A DNA stretch of 64,000 bases from Eledone cirrhosa (GCA_964016885.1 OZ024759.1:30318001-30382000); one strand, 5' to 3'; counted from the first letter of the stretch, positions 42,228-56,399 are shown. Notes: a model not told the origin generated them from the sequence alone. A program made the numbers and translations.

Positions 42228-42580
42228 CGGTACGGGGACTGTGTCAGGGGCACCTTGGCTTGTGCTGATATTTCATCTGACGAATGGGAGAAAAAGGCTG
42301 AGGAGCGTGTGAAATGGAGACGTTTGATCAAGTCCGGTAGTGAACACTTTGAAATTCGTCGAAGAGAACACCTAATACTGAAAAGAAGGTGAGCAAAAGA
42401 GACTGTTCTGAACTGCCTGCTGTTGAACATCATCTGGTTTGCCAGCTCTGTGGTCGAGCTGTCCAGCTCCTCGTTGGGTTGTTATCTCTCTGAGGAATTG
42501 GACATATCGGAGTATTGACGGAATAAAACACTTTAACATGTGTAGCTGTCTCTACTACACCAATTCGGACTGCCTGAAGA
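42228..42580 (+). mobile_element. RTE-clade LINE 3' end remnant
   Basis: [10 protein letters not shown]...WEKKAEERVKWRRLIKSG..FE.RR followed by VCQLCGR (C2H2-like). Confidence 0.75.
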
Positions 42581-43009
42581 GGTCACAGCCAATGATGGCT
42601 ATCACCGAAATATATATAGCAGTACATCTTTAATAAACGAAGCCAAATTTTAAATATTTAACTTAATTACTTTATTTTACATTACGCCGGTGTAACCAAA
42701 CCAACCTACGCACTTCGTCTAGTGCTCCAATCTGCATACTGAGGTGTCGGTAAACAACCAACATATACTCAAAATTTATATATATATGTATATATATAAA
42801 GCTTTGACTAAATAGATTATCTAAGCAAGGTCTTTGTCTATAGAACTCATCAGAAGGACAATTTCCACTTAAGGTAAGCATAGTTCTCTAGATTGGTAAG
42901 AATTGTCTGCTACAACAACAAAAAGAATAAGAATAACTGGCCACGGCCTGTTGCTCTTTAATAAACATTACCTGAATACATAGTCTTAACAAGTATTTCA
43001 ACGCTAACG

Positions 43010-43665
43010 CCAGCACTAGCACCACAACCACTACCAACACCACAACAATAACAGCCACCACCACTAACAGTAACAACAGCCACCACCACACCGCCACCAC
43101 CACCACTAACAATAACAACAGCCACCACCAACCACCACTACAAAACAACATACCACCACCACTATTACCACAAGCTCTACCACTACCATCACAACTATCA
43201 CCATCACCACAGCTACTAAATTCACCAGCAATACGACTATCACGATCACTACCACCACCACCATAATCACTACCAACCAACCACCACCACCACCACAACC
43301 AACACCACCAACAACTCCACAACCAACCAACACTACTACCATCAAACATCACAACCACCACCACCCCTTACCACCACCAACTAACTACCACCACTACCAA
43401 CCAACACCACCACCACCACCACAACCAACCAACACTACCACCACCAAAACCAACCAACATTACCAACAACACCACCACCAACGAACACTACCATCACCAC
43501 CACCACCACAGAACCACCACCACCACCAACCAACACTACCACCACCACGACTCCCAACCAACACCGTTACCATCACCAAGACTACCAGCCAACATTACAA
43601 CCACCACCGCCACCCTCTACCACCACCACCACCACCATCTACCACCAATACCACCACCACCTTTG
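43010..43665. repeat. Degenerate (ACC)n tract
   Basis: Direct inspection. Confidence 0.9.
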
Positions 43666-44000
43666 TTAAACGAGATATTTCGTCAAGGGTCTTGTAGTAA
43701 ATAATGGGATTTACGTAGAAAATAATTATTGCGGAAAACAATTATTTCTGAGGGAAGAAAGGAGGAAAGTAAGGAAGGAAGGAGCAAAGTAAGGAAGGAA
43801 GAAAGAAGGAAGAAAGAAACTGGGAAAGAAAGAAAGAAACTGGAGGAATCAGAAGGAAAGAATTCTACGAGCAAGAGATGCGGTTTACTTGTGTTGTGTG
43901 TGTGTTTATATAAATATATATATATATATATACATGTATAGGCGTGTATATATAGGGGTGTCTTTATATATATATATGTTTATATACATGTATATGTATC

Positions 44001-44031
<31 letters not shown>

Positions 44032-44267
44032 GAGTGTGTGTGTGCATGTGTATCTGCATGCCTATGTATGATTACATATATATATATATATAGAGAGAGA
44101 GATAGTGTGTGTGTACAGTGTGTGCTAAAGAATAAAGGCTGTATATTTGGTTTGGAGCAATGTAAAATTTAAGTAATTACTAAACATGAACATCTGCTGC
44201 CTTACCACACGAAACTGTGAACAACACTGAATGTATTGTATTTTGTGTGTGTATATATATATATATA

Positions 44268-44381
44268 ACGAAGGAAATGTGGTAAGGAACCAGATAGACC
44301 ATAACGCACCAAAGTACTCAATACTTAGGGTAGTAGAAGGGTAATAGGCTTGAGCTCTGCCGTCGGGGTCATAGTTGTTCC
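44268..44381. mobile_element. Family A element, short inversion variant (fragments also near 21340-21410, 40958-41060, 46580-46640, 53190-53237)
   Basis: Tail acgaaggaaatgtggtaaggaacc... joined to the inverted ggcttgagctctgccgtcggggtc. Confidence 0.8.
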
Positions 44382-44469
44382 TATATATATATGTATGTAT
44401 ATATATATGAAATATGTATACATATATAAAATATGTATACATATATATATAATATATATATATATATAT

Positions 44470-44618
<149 letters not shown>

Positions 44619-44768
44619 CCAGGGAGTGTAACTTCCAGTTAATTTAGGTTCATCCGGGAGAGCACTCAATGTTTAGGTTGACTTCTGTGTTGAGGTGTAG
44701 AGCTAGACAGAGTGTATTATAGTGAAAAGATAACAAGGACGATTGGTTACTCTTTCATTACATTTATT

Positions 44769-44852
44769 GGCTGGCAACGCGCGTTTCGCCACTGATCAGC
44801 TCAAGGTTCGATCTGTATCGATCTTACCCGACCCTGTAATCCGCGGCTCGTC
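44769..44852 (-). ncRNA. 5'-clipped hammerhead motif with ACGCGCGT stem III
   Basis: ..GACGA gccgcggatta...tgatcagtggc GAA ACGCGCGT T gccagcc; in a TA-flanked segment. Confidence 0.55.
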
Positions 44853-45158
44853 TTGTAATGTTAGTAGAAAATGAATACATGCTGTATGATAAAGTCAGGA
44901 GTTCATATATATATATACATATATATATAGCTATATATATATATAGACATATATATGCGTATATATATACATATATATACAGACATATATATATATACAT
45001 AGATATATACATATACATATATACATACACACATATATATATATATAAATATGTAAATACATACATATATATATACATATTCATAGATATACATATATAT
45101 ATATATATATACATATTCAAAGATATACATATATATATATATATATACATATTCAAAG

Positions 45159-45209
<51 letters not shown>

Positions 45210-45235
45210 CATATATGTTACATATATATATATAT

Positions 45236-45266
<31 letters not shown>

Positions 45267-45292
45267 TACATATATGTTACATATATATATAT

Positions 45293-45366
<74 letters not shown>

Positions 45367-45485
45367 GTATCTATATGTATATGTGTATATATATGTGTAT
45401 GTACATGTCTGTACATGTCTGTATACACACATATATACGTAAATACATACGTACATACATTATATATATATATATATATATATAA

Positions 45486-45798
45486 TATAAGATCAAAAGA
45501 TGGTTAAAAGAGTTCCATGTATTTTATTATGCGCATTTAAAAAACAAATATCATCATGCAATAACATTTGCGTTTTCGTCAGATAAAATAGGGAGACATG
45601 ATATGAAGGTTAAAACACACTTGTGAATAGTGCAGTTTTGAATCAACATATCAATGAAATGCGCATAATAAAATACATGGAACTCTTTTAACCATCTTTT
45701 GATCTTATATATTATTTATACTCCAGTCCTACAAACTGTAGAGTGCTACTTATCCGATATCTGCATTGCTATATTGTACTACAATAAAACTCACATCC

Positions 45799-45802
<4 letters not shown>
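45486..45802. mobile_element. Family B fold-back element, ~53 bp arms; minus-strand hammerhead 45520-45590 with GAAA>TAAA
   Basis: tataagatcaaaagatggttaaaagagttccatgtattttattatgcgcattt and its reverse complement; CTGACGA core. Confidence 0.85.
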
Positions 45803-45877
<75 letters not shown>

Positions 45878-45924
45878 GTAAGTATGTATGTATACGTACA
45901 TACATATATGTATACAGACGTAGC

Positions 45925-45991
<67 letters not shown>

Positions 45992-46112
45992 CAGGCACAC
46001 ATATATATATGCACGTATCAGTTTACCGAACATTTATTATAATGTTCGCTTTGTTCGTTTGTAAACAAACGGACAGCCTGATTTACGCCGTACAGTGTTC
46101 AGGCAACCACAC

Positions 46113-46169
<57 letters not shown>

Positions 46170-46636
46170 ATACATCAATGATGAGGAAATGACAAGATCT
46201 TCGGTTAAGCCACATCCTGTGTACCATGGAAGCCTTCCTGAATTAACAGCTAAACTTTACAGTAATACAAACTAATATAAAGAACAGAATATAAAGAAAC
46301 GATGCACAGACGTTGGTCTAGCATGATCTCATCATTCAGTTCTAACGACGGTCGGCTGAGAAGTTCATAAGAGTGGTGGATGCTAGAGCTGTGAAATCAT
46401 GCATGCATTAACTTCAACCTTTCATATTAATAACTGCATTGTTTCTTTCCAGGGATTACTCTCGTGTATCGGATAATCGTAACCTGACCTCCATATGTCT
46501 AATTTTAGTGTAATCCTCCTCACTGCTTGATAATTTGATCGCTTACATAGTGAAAGCTGTCAACAACTTTATGTATATATAAAGAAAATCAGGACCTCGA
46601 CGGCTGAGCTCCGGCCGTTTCGACAGCTAGATCCGA

Positions 46637-46670
<34 letters not shown>

Positions 46671-46707
46671 GTAGCAGCTGTGCTAGGACTAGGAATACAA
46701 TACTAAT

Positions 46708-47120
46708 AATTGTTTCTACTTTTGGCACGAGGCCAGCAATTAATCCAGTGCATTACTGGTACTTTATTTTATCGACCCCGTAAGGATGAAAGGCAATGTT
46801 AACCTCGGCGGGATTTGAACTCAAACCATAAAGGGCCATAACTCTTTGCTGCAAAGGATGGTGTCCGACCCTCAACCGATACTGCAAACCCACCGCCCTA
46901 ATACTACTAATAATAATAATGATTCCTACTGTAGGCCCAAGGCCAGCAATCTGAGGAGAGGGCAATGTCAATTAAATCTACCCCAGCACGTTACTGGTAC
47001 TTTATTTTAGCGACCCCGTAAGGATGAAAAGCAAAGTTAACCTCAGCAGGATTTGAACTCAAAACGTAAAGGGCCATGCTGCAAAGCCTGATGTCCGACC
47101 ATCTACCGATACTGCCAATC
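46708..47120 (-). mobile_element. Two tandem SINE S1 copies
   Basis: Reverse-complement core and heads. Confidence 0.85.
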
Positions 47121-47576
47121 CATAACCCCACAGGGCTCACATTAAGAAAACATTAAAGACGGTACAGGACGATACAGTGTGGGTTTTCTTTGCGTAAAAT
47201 AAAATTTATAAAAGAGACTAAGAAAACAAACATTTAAAACAAACAAATATTCCCCAATGGTGAGGGGACTCTAAGGGTCACTCGTGAAGAAACCTCAAAT
47301 AAACATAAATGTAATATTTCATGGGAACATGGAAAATTTGTGTTGAGCTAAGAGACAAGAGAAAATGTTGTATTATATAGAGGTCTGTCTTCTGTTGAGC
47401 TCTACAACTGATAACCTGTTTATGTAATAGAAATGAGAGAAAACACCTTAAAATAGAACTTGTTGAGATTTGTATAGAAAAAAAAACCTTGACAAAATAC
47501 GCTCACACTATCTCTGTCTTTCACTATACCTCTCCACCACTTTCTCACTCTATCTACTACCTACCTAATATCTCTA

Positions 47577-47627
<51 letters not shown>

Positions 47628-47639
47628 TATGTATATATA

Positions 47640-47677
<38 letters not shown>

Positions 47678-47792
47678 TATATATATATATATATGAATAT
47701 GTATATATATATATGAGTAAATATATATGAATATGTATATATAATATGAATATATATATATACATATATGAATATAATATTTATATATGTGC

Positions 47793-47829
<37 letters not shown>

Positions 47830-47908
47830 ACTATCTGTTTGTCACTCTTGTCCTTGATTTTCCTCTTGAATTGATTACAACATGAGAAATGATAAAGAAA
47901 CAGAGATT

Positions 47909-47974
<66 letters not shown>

Positions 47975-48267
47975 CAAACAGTTTGAGTGAGAGAAGGATA
48001 GACAGAGAGAGTAGGAGGGAGAGAGAAGGTGGGAAAAATATATATATATATATATCATCATGATCAACATCGTCATTTTTACATCTGCTTTTCTATGCAA
48101 GCATGGGTTGGGCATGTCCTTCTCAACATGGGAGTGTATGTGGAGCAAGACAGATGTGAGGAAAGAAATGACATATAGATAGTCTAATGCACGAGTAGAG
48201 GATCACTGCAAGAGAGAGAGAAGGACAATGAATTGCAGAGGGTGATGGGAACAGAGCCAGACATAGA

Positions 48268-48648
48268 ATGAGACGGTTAGATCATGTGTTGAGGGAGGAT
48301 GAAAATGAATGGGTGAGCGGGATAGAGCACGTGATAGAGCACGTGATAGAGCACGTGATGGATGTTGTGAAGAGAAATTGTGTGAGATGGTTAGGTCATG
48401 TGTTGAGGAAATATGCAAGTGACTGGATGAGAGGAATAGAGCCGGTGATGGATGTTATGAAGAGAAATGGAGTGATATTGTTGGGTCATGTGTTGAGGAA
48501 ATGTGAAACTGATTGGATGAGAGGAATAGAGCCAGTGATGGATGTTATGAAGAGATATGGAATGAGATGGCTAGGTCATGTGTTGAAGAAGGATGAAAGT
48601 GACTGGGTGAGAGGAGTGATGAAAATAAATATAGAAGACAAAGACTAA
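48268..48648 (+). repeat. 90 bp tandem repeat derived from an RTE ORF2 motif (~4 units, in frame)
   Basis: Repeated IEPVMDVMKRxGxRWLGHVLRKxESDWMRG. Confidence 0.8.
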
Positions 48649-48941
48649 GAAAGGCATGGGTGAGGGTGATGGGGAGGAAATGAAGAACAGGGGATTGGTG
48701 AGAGGGGAAATGTAGATGATAAAGGAAAGTGAACAAATTAGTCATTGGGTCCCACAAAAGTGTATCCAGCCTTAACATGGTCCTTTTTCTTGTTACCTTT
48801 CTATTATATTTCAGTAAGGACTAAGAATTGGTAGAATTGGTAGAGCATCAGGCAACAAGCTTTATGGTATAGTGTTATGGCCTTTTACATTCTGAGATCA
48901 AATCCTGCTGAAGTTAGCTTTGCCTTTCATCTTTACGTGGT

Positions 48942-49228
48942 TCATCATCATCATCATCATCATCATTTTACGTCCACTTCTCCCTGTTTGCAAGGGTGGG
49001 ACGAGTCCTATTCAGCTCAGCATCTCTCCACTTGTCACGGTCCTTCGTCATCTCCTCCGTGACCTTCAGCGATCTAAGGTCTGCTCTCACCAGCCCCGTC
49101 CATGTTTTTTGTGGTCTTCCTCTACTGGCATCTTCCTTCTACTGGGATTTCTTGGCACTTCTTTACCCAGCAGTCATCCTCCATGCGCATCACATGTCCA
49201 TACCATCTCAGCCTTCTCTCCTGAACAC
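48942..49228 (-). mobile_element. RTE LINE 3' end nested inside a SINE S1 (about 48825-49330)
   Basis: (cat)n tail; reverse complement encodes RLRWYGHVMRMEDD; SINE core is split at the insertion. Confidence 0.8.
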
Positions 49229-49593
49229 CATAAAATAAAGTACCAGTAATGTACTAGGGTTGATTTAATTGACTTTCCCCTCCCACAAAAAAGATTGCTG
49301 GCCTTGTGATTAAATCAGAAACCATTGTTTTTCTAGTAAGTGCCAGTGAATTAGAAGAATTGGTAGAGCATCAGACAACATGTTTTTTGCATATAGCTAT
49401 GTCCTTTTACATTCTGAGTTCAAAGCCTGCAGTGTTTAGCTTTGCTTTTCATCATTATGGGGTCATTAAAATAAAGTACCAGTAATGCACTAGGGTTGAT
49501 TCAATTGAGTTTCACCTACCCTCAGATTGTTGGCCGTGTGTCTAAAAAAGAAACTATTACTCTAGTGACATTAAGGGAGAGAAAGAGAGAGAT

Positions 49594-49649
<56 letters not shown>

Positions 49650-50064
49650 GGAGAGAGATATATGTAGAGTGTTTGTGTGCAAGATATATATATATAGAGA
49701 GAGAGAGAGAGAGTGCTTGTATGCAAGAGAGAGAGAGATAGGGAGAGAAATAATAAATTATATAATTTTCTATCAGTACTGAAAAACATTTTAACATTCC
49801 TAACCAACATTCTTTTCTCAAAAAACAATTTCCTTTTGGTGATTGCCATTTTATTATATCTCTGAAGAAAACTTTTTATTTTCTTTACTGTTGCAGCCAT
49901 TTCCCTACCACTGTAGATAGAGGCTAGACAATTTGGTTTTAACCAACAATAGCTTGTTAAATATTATAATTAACCATTGTTTTACACAGATGTACGATAT
50001 ATAGAAGACAATATTTGGGAGGGAGGTTGTTTTGTTGGAGTTTTTTTTAACACTGCCACCATAG

Positions 50065-50540
50065 CATAACGGTAAGGGTGTTGAACTTATCATCATAATG
50101 TGGTGCATTTGATTCCTAGACTGGACTGGACTGGGTTGTGTGTTGTGTGGTGTGGTGTGCTTGAGCAGAACATTTCATGTCCTGTTACTCCAGTGGTTAA
50201 AGTGTTCAACTTACAATCATAATGTCAAGGGTTTGATTCCTGTTCTGGGTGGTGTGTTGTGTTCTTGAGCAAAACTCTTCATTTCACGTAACTCCAGTGG
50301 TTAGGGTGTTGAACTTAGTCATAATGTTGTGGGTTCAATTCCTGGACTAGGTTCTGTGTTGTGTTCTTGAGCAAAACACTTCATTTCACGTTGCTCCAGT
50401 ATACTCAGCTGAAAATGAGTACCAGTAATAGCTGGGGGGTTAACACTGCAATATTTGGCGTCCTGTCCAGGATTGGGAGGTGTCTTGTACTCTCAGTTAC
50501 TTCAAACCATGTAAACCAGAATAAGCACCGGTCTGATGAG
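50065..50540 (+). mobile_element. SINE S2 with tandemly triplicated tRNA-like head (~100-120 bp units)
   Basis: ggtta.ggtgttgaactta..cataatgt..gggttcaattcctggact..ttgagcaaaacacttcatttcacg.tgctccagt repeated. Confidence 0.7.
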
Positions 50541-50622
50541 TCTCTGAGCTTCAGACATACGTTAGACACCACTACCACCTTCATAGCCACTACCATCATT
50601 GTTTAAAATCATGAAGAAAAAC

Positions 50623-50771
50623 ATTCCTGGTGATTTCTAATGAATGAAACAGTTCTAGTCCTGTAGAAGTAATTTCTATGGGAAATAAATATGTACCTTC
50701 TCTAATAATATATTGGGGACCTTATTTCACTGTGGTTCTATTGTGTTCCACTTTAGAAAACCATTCTTAAT

Positions 50772-50837
<66 letters not shown>

Positions 50838-50972
50838 ACATAGAAAAGGCTTCTACAGGACTAGAAGTGTTTCATTTGGGAGAAATCATCAGGAAGCCCT
50901 TATGATTTCCCTGTAGATTTCTTCCGAATGAAACAGTTCTAGTCCTGTAGAAGCCTTTTCTATATTAAATAT
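50623..50972. ncRNA. Three family C hammerhead-like motifs (50623-50669 +, 50848-50898 -, 50905-50955 +); the last two form an inverted repeat
   Basis: Minus copy: ggcttc CTGATGA tttctcccaaat GAA ACA cttctagtcc TGT A gaagcc. Confidence 0.6.
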
Positions 50973-51035
50973 TTACACTCTGATTTGTATTGAGTAACTT
51001 ACTTAATGTAGTTACCCCCCATTGAACCTGGGAGA

Positions 51036-51081
<46 letters not shown>

Positions 51082-51213
51082 GTTCTGTATGAGCAAAACA
51101 CATTCACCTGACACCAAATAGCCTCAAATAGGACAACCCATCTAAACAATGCAAGCATAGAAAATAGATATTCAACGACAACGATGATGGTGATAATATA
51201 TATATATATATAT

Positions 51214-51575
51214 ATCATCATCATCATCCTTTTACGTCCGCTCTTCCCTGCTTGCAAGAGTAAGAGGTCTTATTCAGCACAGCATCTCTCCACTCGTCAC
51301 GGTCCTTCGTCATCTCCACCATGAGCTTCAGCGATCTGAGGTCTGTTCTCACTACCTCCGCCCATGTTTTTCGTGGTTTACCTCTACCACGTCATCCTTC
51401 AACTGACATTTCCTGGCACTTCTTCACCCATCAGTCATCCTCCATGCGCATCACATGTCCATACCACCTCAGTCTCCTCTCTCGCACACTACATTCTATC
51501 CCTCTCAGAAACAGTTTCTCTCTCAACACATTCATGCTGGGTCGTTCACGCACATTGACACTGCACATCCATATA
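51214..51575 (-). mobile_element. RTE LINE 3' end
   Basis: RERRLRWYGHVMRMEDD...GRGKPRKTW.EVV..DL on minus strand; (cat)n tail. Confidence 0.85.
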
Positions 51576-51610
<35 letters not shown>

Positions 51611-51898
51611 GTATATATATGTGGGTGTGTGTATATATATATATATATATATAAGCAGATAAATGTATGACAGAAATACCTTGTAATATACCAATATATC
51701 GACGAGATAATATATAACCATCGAGATATGGACATTGAGCATGTTGATTATATAGTTCATCTATGTTTATAGGTGTCATGGGAATAAGGAAAAATGATTA
51801 GTTGATGGAAACACTCTGTTTGGTAATGTCAGAGTGTGATGTGTTTATATCATTTGACCAGTCTATATATATAGTATATATATATATGTATATATATA

Positions 51899-51929
<31 letters not shown>

Positions 51930-52666
51930 ATTATATATATATATACACATATATACATATACACATAGGCATATATACATATACACATATATGTATATAC
52001 ACACATATATGGATATATACATATATCTATATATATATCATCATCATCATTTCATTTTACGTCAGCTTTTTCCCTGCTTGCAAGGGTGGGATGGGAACTG
52101 ATTCTGGCTTGATTTCTACAGTTGGATGCCCTTCCTAACACCAACCTCATTTACAGTGAATGCTGGGTGCTTTTTTGCCGTCGCACCTCCACGACCACTT
52201 TGCAGTGGAATGATAGGGACCCCAGTCCCTATCATCTCATTTCTACAGCTGAGTAAACTGGAGCAATGTGAAATAAAGTATCTTGCTCAAGGAAACAACA
52301 CATCACCCGGTCTGAATAATATATACACACACATATATGGATATATACATATATTTATATATATATGCATATATATATACATATACATATAAATATATAT
52401 ATATATATACACACATATATACATATATATATATACACACACATATACATATATATATATATACACTTATATATATAAATACATATATATATACACACAT
52501 ATATATATATACACATATATGCATATATATATATATATTATATATATATATACACATATGCATACATATATATATACACACATATATATATATATATATA
52601 CACATATATGCATATATATATATATATAATATATATACACATATGCATACATATATATATACACAC

Positions 52667-52709
<43 letters not shown>

Positions 52710-52760
52710 TATATATGCATATATATATATAAGTATATACACATATATTCATATATATAT

Positions 52761-52827
<67 letters not shown>

Positions 52828-53144
52828 TATGCATTTATATATATATACATACATATACATATATAAACATATACACACTTATGTATGCAGATATATATAC
52901 ACATATATATGTATATATGCACATATATAGTGTTATTATTATATGTCTCTTACAGTCATTCTAAATACCTTGTCTTTAATATAAAGTACATTATCAATAC
53001 CACTCCCTGAATCAATGTTGATATTTCATATCACAAAACCCACTTGGGAAATTCTCTATAAACCTCTTTTACATTGGTGATATTTGTTATTAGATAGATG
53101 TTTTTCATATTCTTTGTGTATATATATATATATAATATATATAT

Positions 53145-53179
<35 letters not shown>

Positions 53180-53260
53180 GTATATATATATAGGAAAAAG
53201 TATGGTCCATCTGGTTCCTTACCACATTTCCTTGGTTATATATATATATATATATATTTA

Positions 53261-53314
<54 letters not shown>

Positions 53315-53676
53315 AAGAATGTGCTCAAGGGCAGAAGAGTTATAAAGATAGCTGATATAAAAAAAAGGGTGAAGGCCCTAAAAAGATACAAAAAAAAGTT
53401 GCCAATGGCTGCTTTAAATAATTTGACCCCATATCCTCCAGATAACATCTAGATAATATTCATAAATAACTAGCTGAGGTACCTGGGTTTGTCTAGGTGA
53501 ACACTTAAGAGACGATGGATAAAAGAGTAAATGACTGTATTGGATGTGTTGTTTGGTTTACAGTATGAGGCGAGATTGTACCATGTATGTGTGTGAGAGA
53601 ATGAGACAAAAAAAACAAACAATCATGAAACTTCCTTATTAGGCTGGGGGAGTAAACTGCATATTAACTGGTACCT

Positions 53677-53846
53677 TAACATAACTATGAGCAGCCAGTT
53701 ATGGCCAGTTTGAACAGAAGGTGGTGAGAGAAGTCTGGCCGGATATGGCCAGTTTAAATGCTAAAGAGTTAAACCAGCCATATCCAGCCAGAATTCTCCC
53801 ACCTCTTTCTGTTCACACCAGCCATAACTGGCAACTCATACTGATG

Positions 53847-53850
<4 letters not shown>
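53677..53850. repeat. Imperfect ~170 bp palindrome of MITE-end sequence
   Basis: gccagttatggc...tctggccggatatggc / gccatatccagccaga...gccataactggc. Confidence 0.7.
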
Positions 53851-53880
<30 letters not shown>

Positions 53881-53881
53881 C

Positions 53882-54090
53882 ATACACTATGATATATATA
53901 GCTATGTACGTTGGACACTGTAGTCCAAGATAGATTGTGTTATATAAACTAAATCTATGTACGTTTAAACCTGTACTCCACGATAGACTGTTATATATAG
54001 CTATGTACATTGAACATTGTAGCCCAAGATACACTATGTTATATAAAGTAAAACGACGTACATTGGAGTCTGTAGTCCAAGATACACTCT
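53882..54090. repeat. Minisatellite, ~50 bp unit, ~4 copies
   Basis: ctatgtac.ttg.ac..tgtagtccaagata. Confidence 0.8.
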
Positions 54091-54258
54091 TTTCCTGTAT
54101 ATATATATATATATACATACATAAGCTCTCCTCCCCCATTCCAAAACTGTAATGGAAGCTCTGGTTTCTGAAAGAGAGGTTGTTTTTTTTGTTTTTTTTT
54201 ATCCATACGGTTAGAAATATCAAGAAACTTTGAAGAAGATTTATTTACAATAACCTAC

Positions 54259-54408
54259 CGGTTTCACGATTCTTGTCAATATTTTGAAGCGTCAATGGAA
54301 GTCGTGGAGATTTGTCGTATATATGACTGGGGATAGAATTTTGTATGTTATCCGATAAGTTCGTGCATTCCAAAACATTATCAAGAATATCTATATTCAA
54401 TACAAGTG
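54259..54408 (-). CDS. Candidate internal coding exon (150 nt, phase 1-1), product unknown
   Basis: Acceptor tctcctttattccag, donor cg|gtaggt, open frame LVLNIDILDNVLECTNLSDNIQNSIPSHIYDKSPRLPLTLQNIDKNRET. Confidence 0.4.
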
Positions 54409-55149
54409 CTGGAATAAAGGAGATACGTCTGTACGTATATATGTATGTACGTATGTATGTACGTACGTATGTATGTTTGTACGTAGGTATGTATGTACGT
54501 ACGTGTGTACGTACGTGTGTATGTATGTATGTACGTATGTATGTTTGTACGTATGTATGTATGTATGTATGTATGTATGTATGTATGTACGTACGTACGT
54601 ATGTATGTATGTATGTACGTGTGTATGTACGTACGTATGTATGTATGTACGTATTTATGTATGTACGTACGTATATATGAAGATATAACATCTCTACTAT
54701 GTCTGTACGTTAGTGACAAGTGTGAAAAACTCATCGTTGTATCCAAAAGTTAAGGCTGTCAGTTGTGTAAATTTAACTTGTCAAAAATCAGAACGAACAA
54801 GAACTGTGTGTGTGTGTATGTGTGTGTAGTTGATAGCGAAAGTACTTTGTTTAATGTTTATATAACCGTAGATAGTATATTTGGATAAATATATTTTCTT
54901 TATTTATTCGTGTTTGTTCTGTGGTGTTGTCTAAATAAAGATAAAGTGGGATGACTTGGACATTGGGCGACTTTGTCACACGTAAATCTAGATACCCACT
55001 GAATGGAATCTATCTCGTGCTGGAATTCTGTATTTGTTGACGATAAATTGTCATTCTGTTTCTCGGAGTAGGTGTTGCTTGTCATATATACCGTGGTCTC
55101 CGTTATATCTTTGATAATATATATATATATATATCTTTGACACTTAATA

Positions 55150-55182
<33 letters not shown>

Positions 55183-55194
55183 GTAATAATAATA

Positions 55195-55400
55195 AAATTT
55201 GGTAATTTGGTTCTTCTGGTGAGTAGGTTTTTAGGGAGTTTTGGTTACCTTATTTCGTGTGGTTTTTGATAGTATGGTCTGATCTCAGTTGTGGAATATT
55301 CTTATAGATAATGTTGTATGTCTCTGTATTTCTTGGGTCGAGTGTTGTAATGGAAGGCGTGAGGTATTGAATGTATCATAAGTGTGTCTTGTTTTGTTGT
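55195..55400 (-). pseudogene. Penelope-like element ORF remnant (RT-endonuclease linker region)
   Basis: TPSITTLDPRNTETYNIIYKNIPQLRSD...PKNLLTR resembles the PLE linker pattern P.vtTY.P.N......I..N.P.L..D...RQP.NLK.LLT. Confidence 0.5.
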
Positions 55401-56244
55401 TTTTAATGGTAGAGCTTTTTTTTTCTTCTCCGAAATTGGAAATTACACATCCAAAGCCGCCTCTCTATTTCATGTCCGTGAAATGGGTGGAAATCCAAAC
55501 ATTGTTTAGTTGGGGCTTATCGACGGCTTTGAAAGCCATATACATCCAACACATTTAAAAATACAAGATAAAAAACAAATTTTACACTCCCCAGTTGATG
55601 CTACATTCACGGAAAAACCGGTGTAATGTTTTAATAGTTACCTAGGAAGTTACTCTGTAATAATATCCACCTCCAAAACACGAGAACGCCGTAGGTGTCG
55701 GAAAAACCCCGCCGTTAACTAATTGTCATTTCCGTAAAGCTTGAAGTTGGTGAAAATCAGCAAAATATTGACCTGAAATACAAATCGATCTCACCATTAT
55801 ACCATTGATTTGATTTTTTTTTTTTGTCATTTATTTCTTGCCTTATATACGAATATATATGGTATGTGGGACAAATAATTCCCGCAAAAGTTCCAAGTCT
55901 TACCACTTATCCTTTGTTGAAACAATACCACAGATGAAACTCGGATAAATAGATACTACGACTGGATAATCTTTAACAAGGTACTTCCACTAACAACATT
56001 CACTAACTAACAATTCACTCACAATTCTTGTTTATTTTGATATTTAACAAGTTTTGCACACCTGACAAACCTCAATGTTGGGTAGAATGATTATTTTTTT
56101 TTTACACTTGTTGCTAACGAACGGACATAGTAGAGAAGAAATGTTATACACGCATACATACATACGTACATACATACAAGTCTTGATCATTTGACATATT
56201 GAATATAGATAGCTTTCATATGTACATTATATACATATAATATA

Positions 56245-56399
56245 TAAATATAACCTTTGTATATATATATATATCATCATCATCATCATCATCATCATTT
56301 TACGTCCGCTTTTCCTTGCAAGCAGGGAAAAGCGGACGTAAAATGATGATGATGATGATGATGATATATATATATATATATATACAAAGGTTATATTTA
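56245..56399. repeat. Near-perfect palindrome of an RTE tail plus flank
   Basis: taaatataacctttg(ta)n(tca)nttttacgtccgcttttcc and its mirror. Confidence 0.9.

Noticed and set aside
49790-49930. Minus ORF MAATVKKIKS... and a strong + acceptor at ~49896
   Set aside because: Conflicting strands, quick stops on +, no recognisable product
54660-54760. Possible exon next to (TACG/TATG)n
   Set aside because: Matches a repeat also seen inverted near 56095-56180
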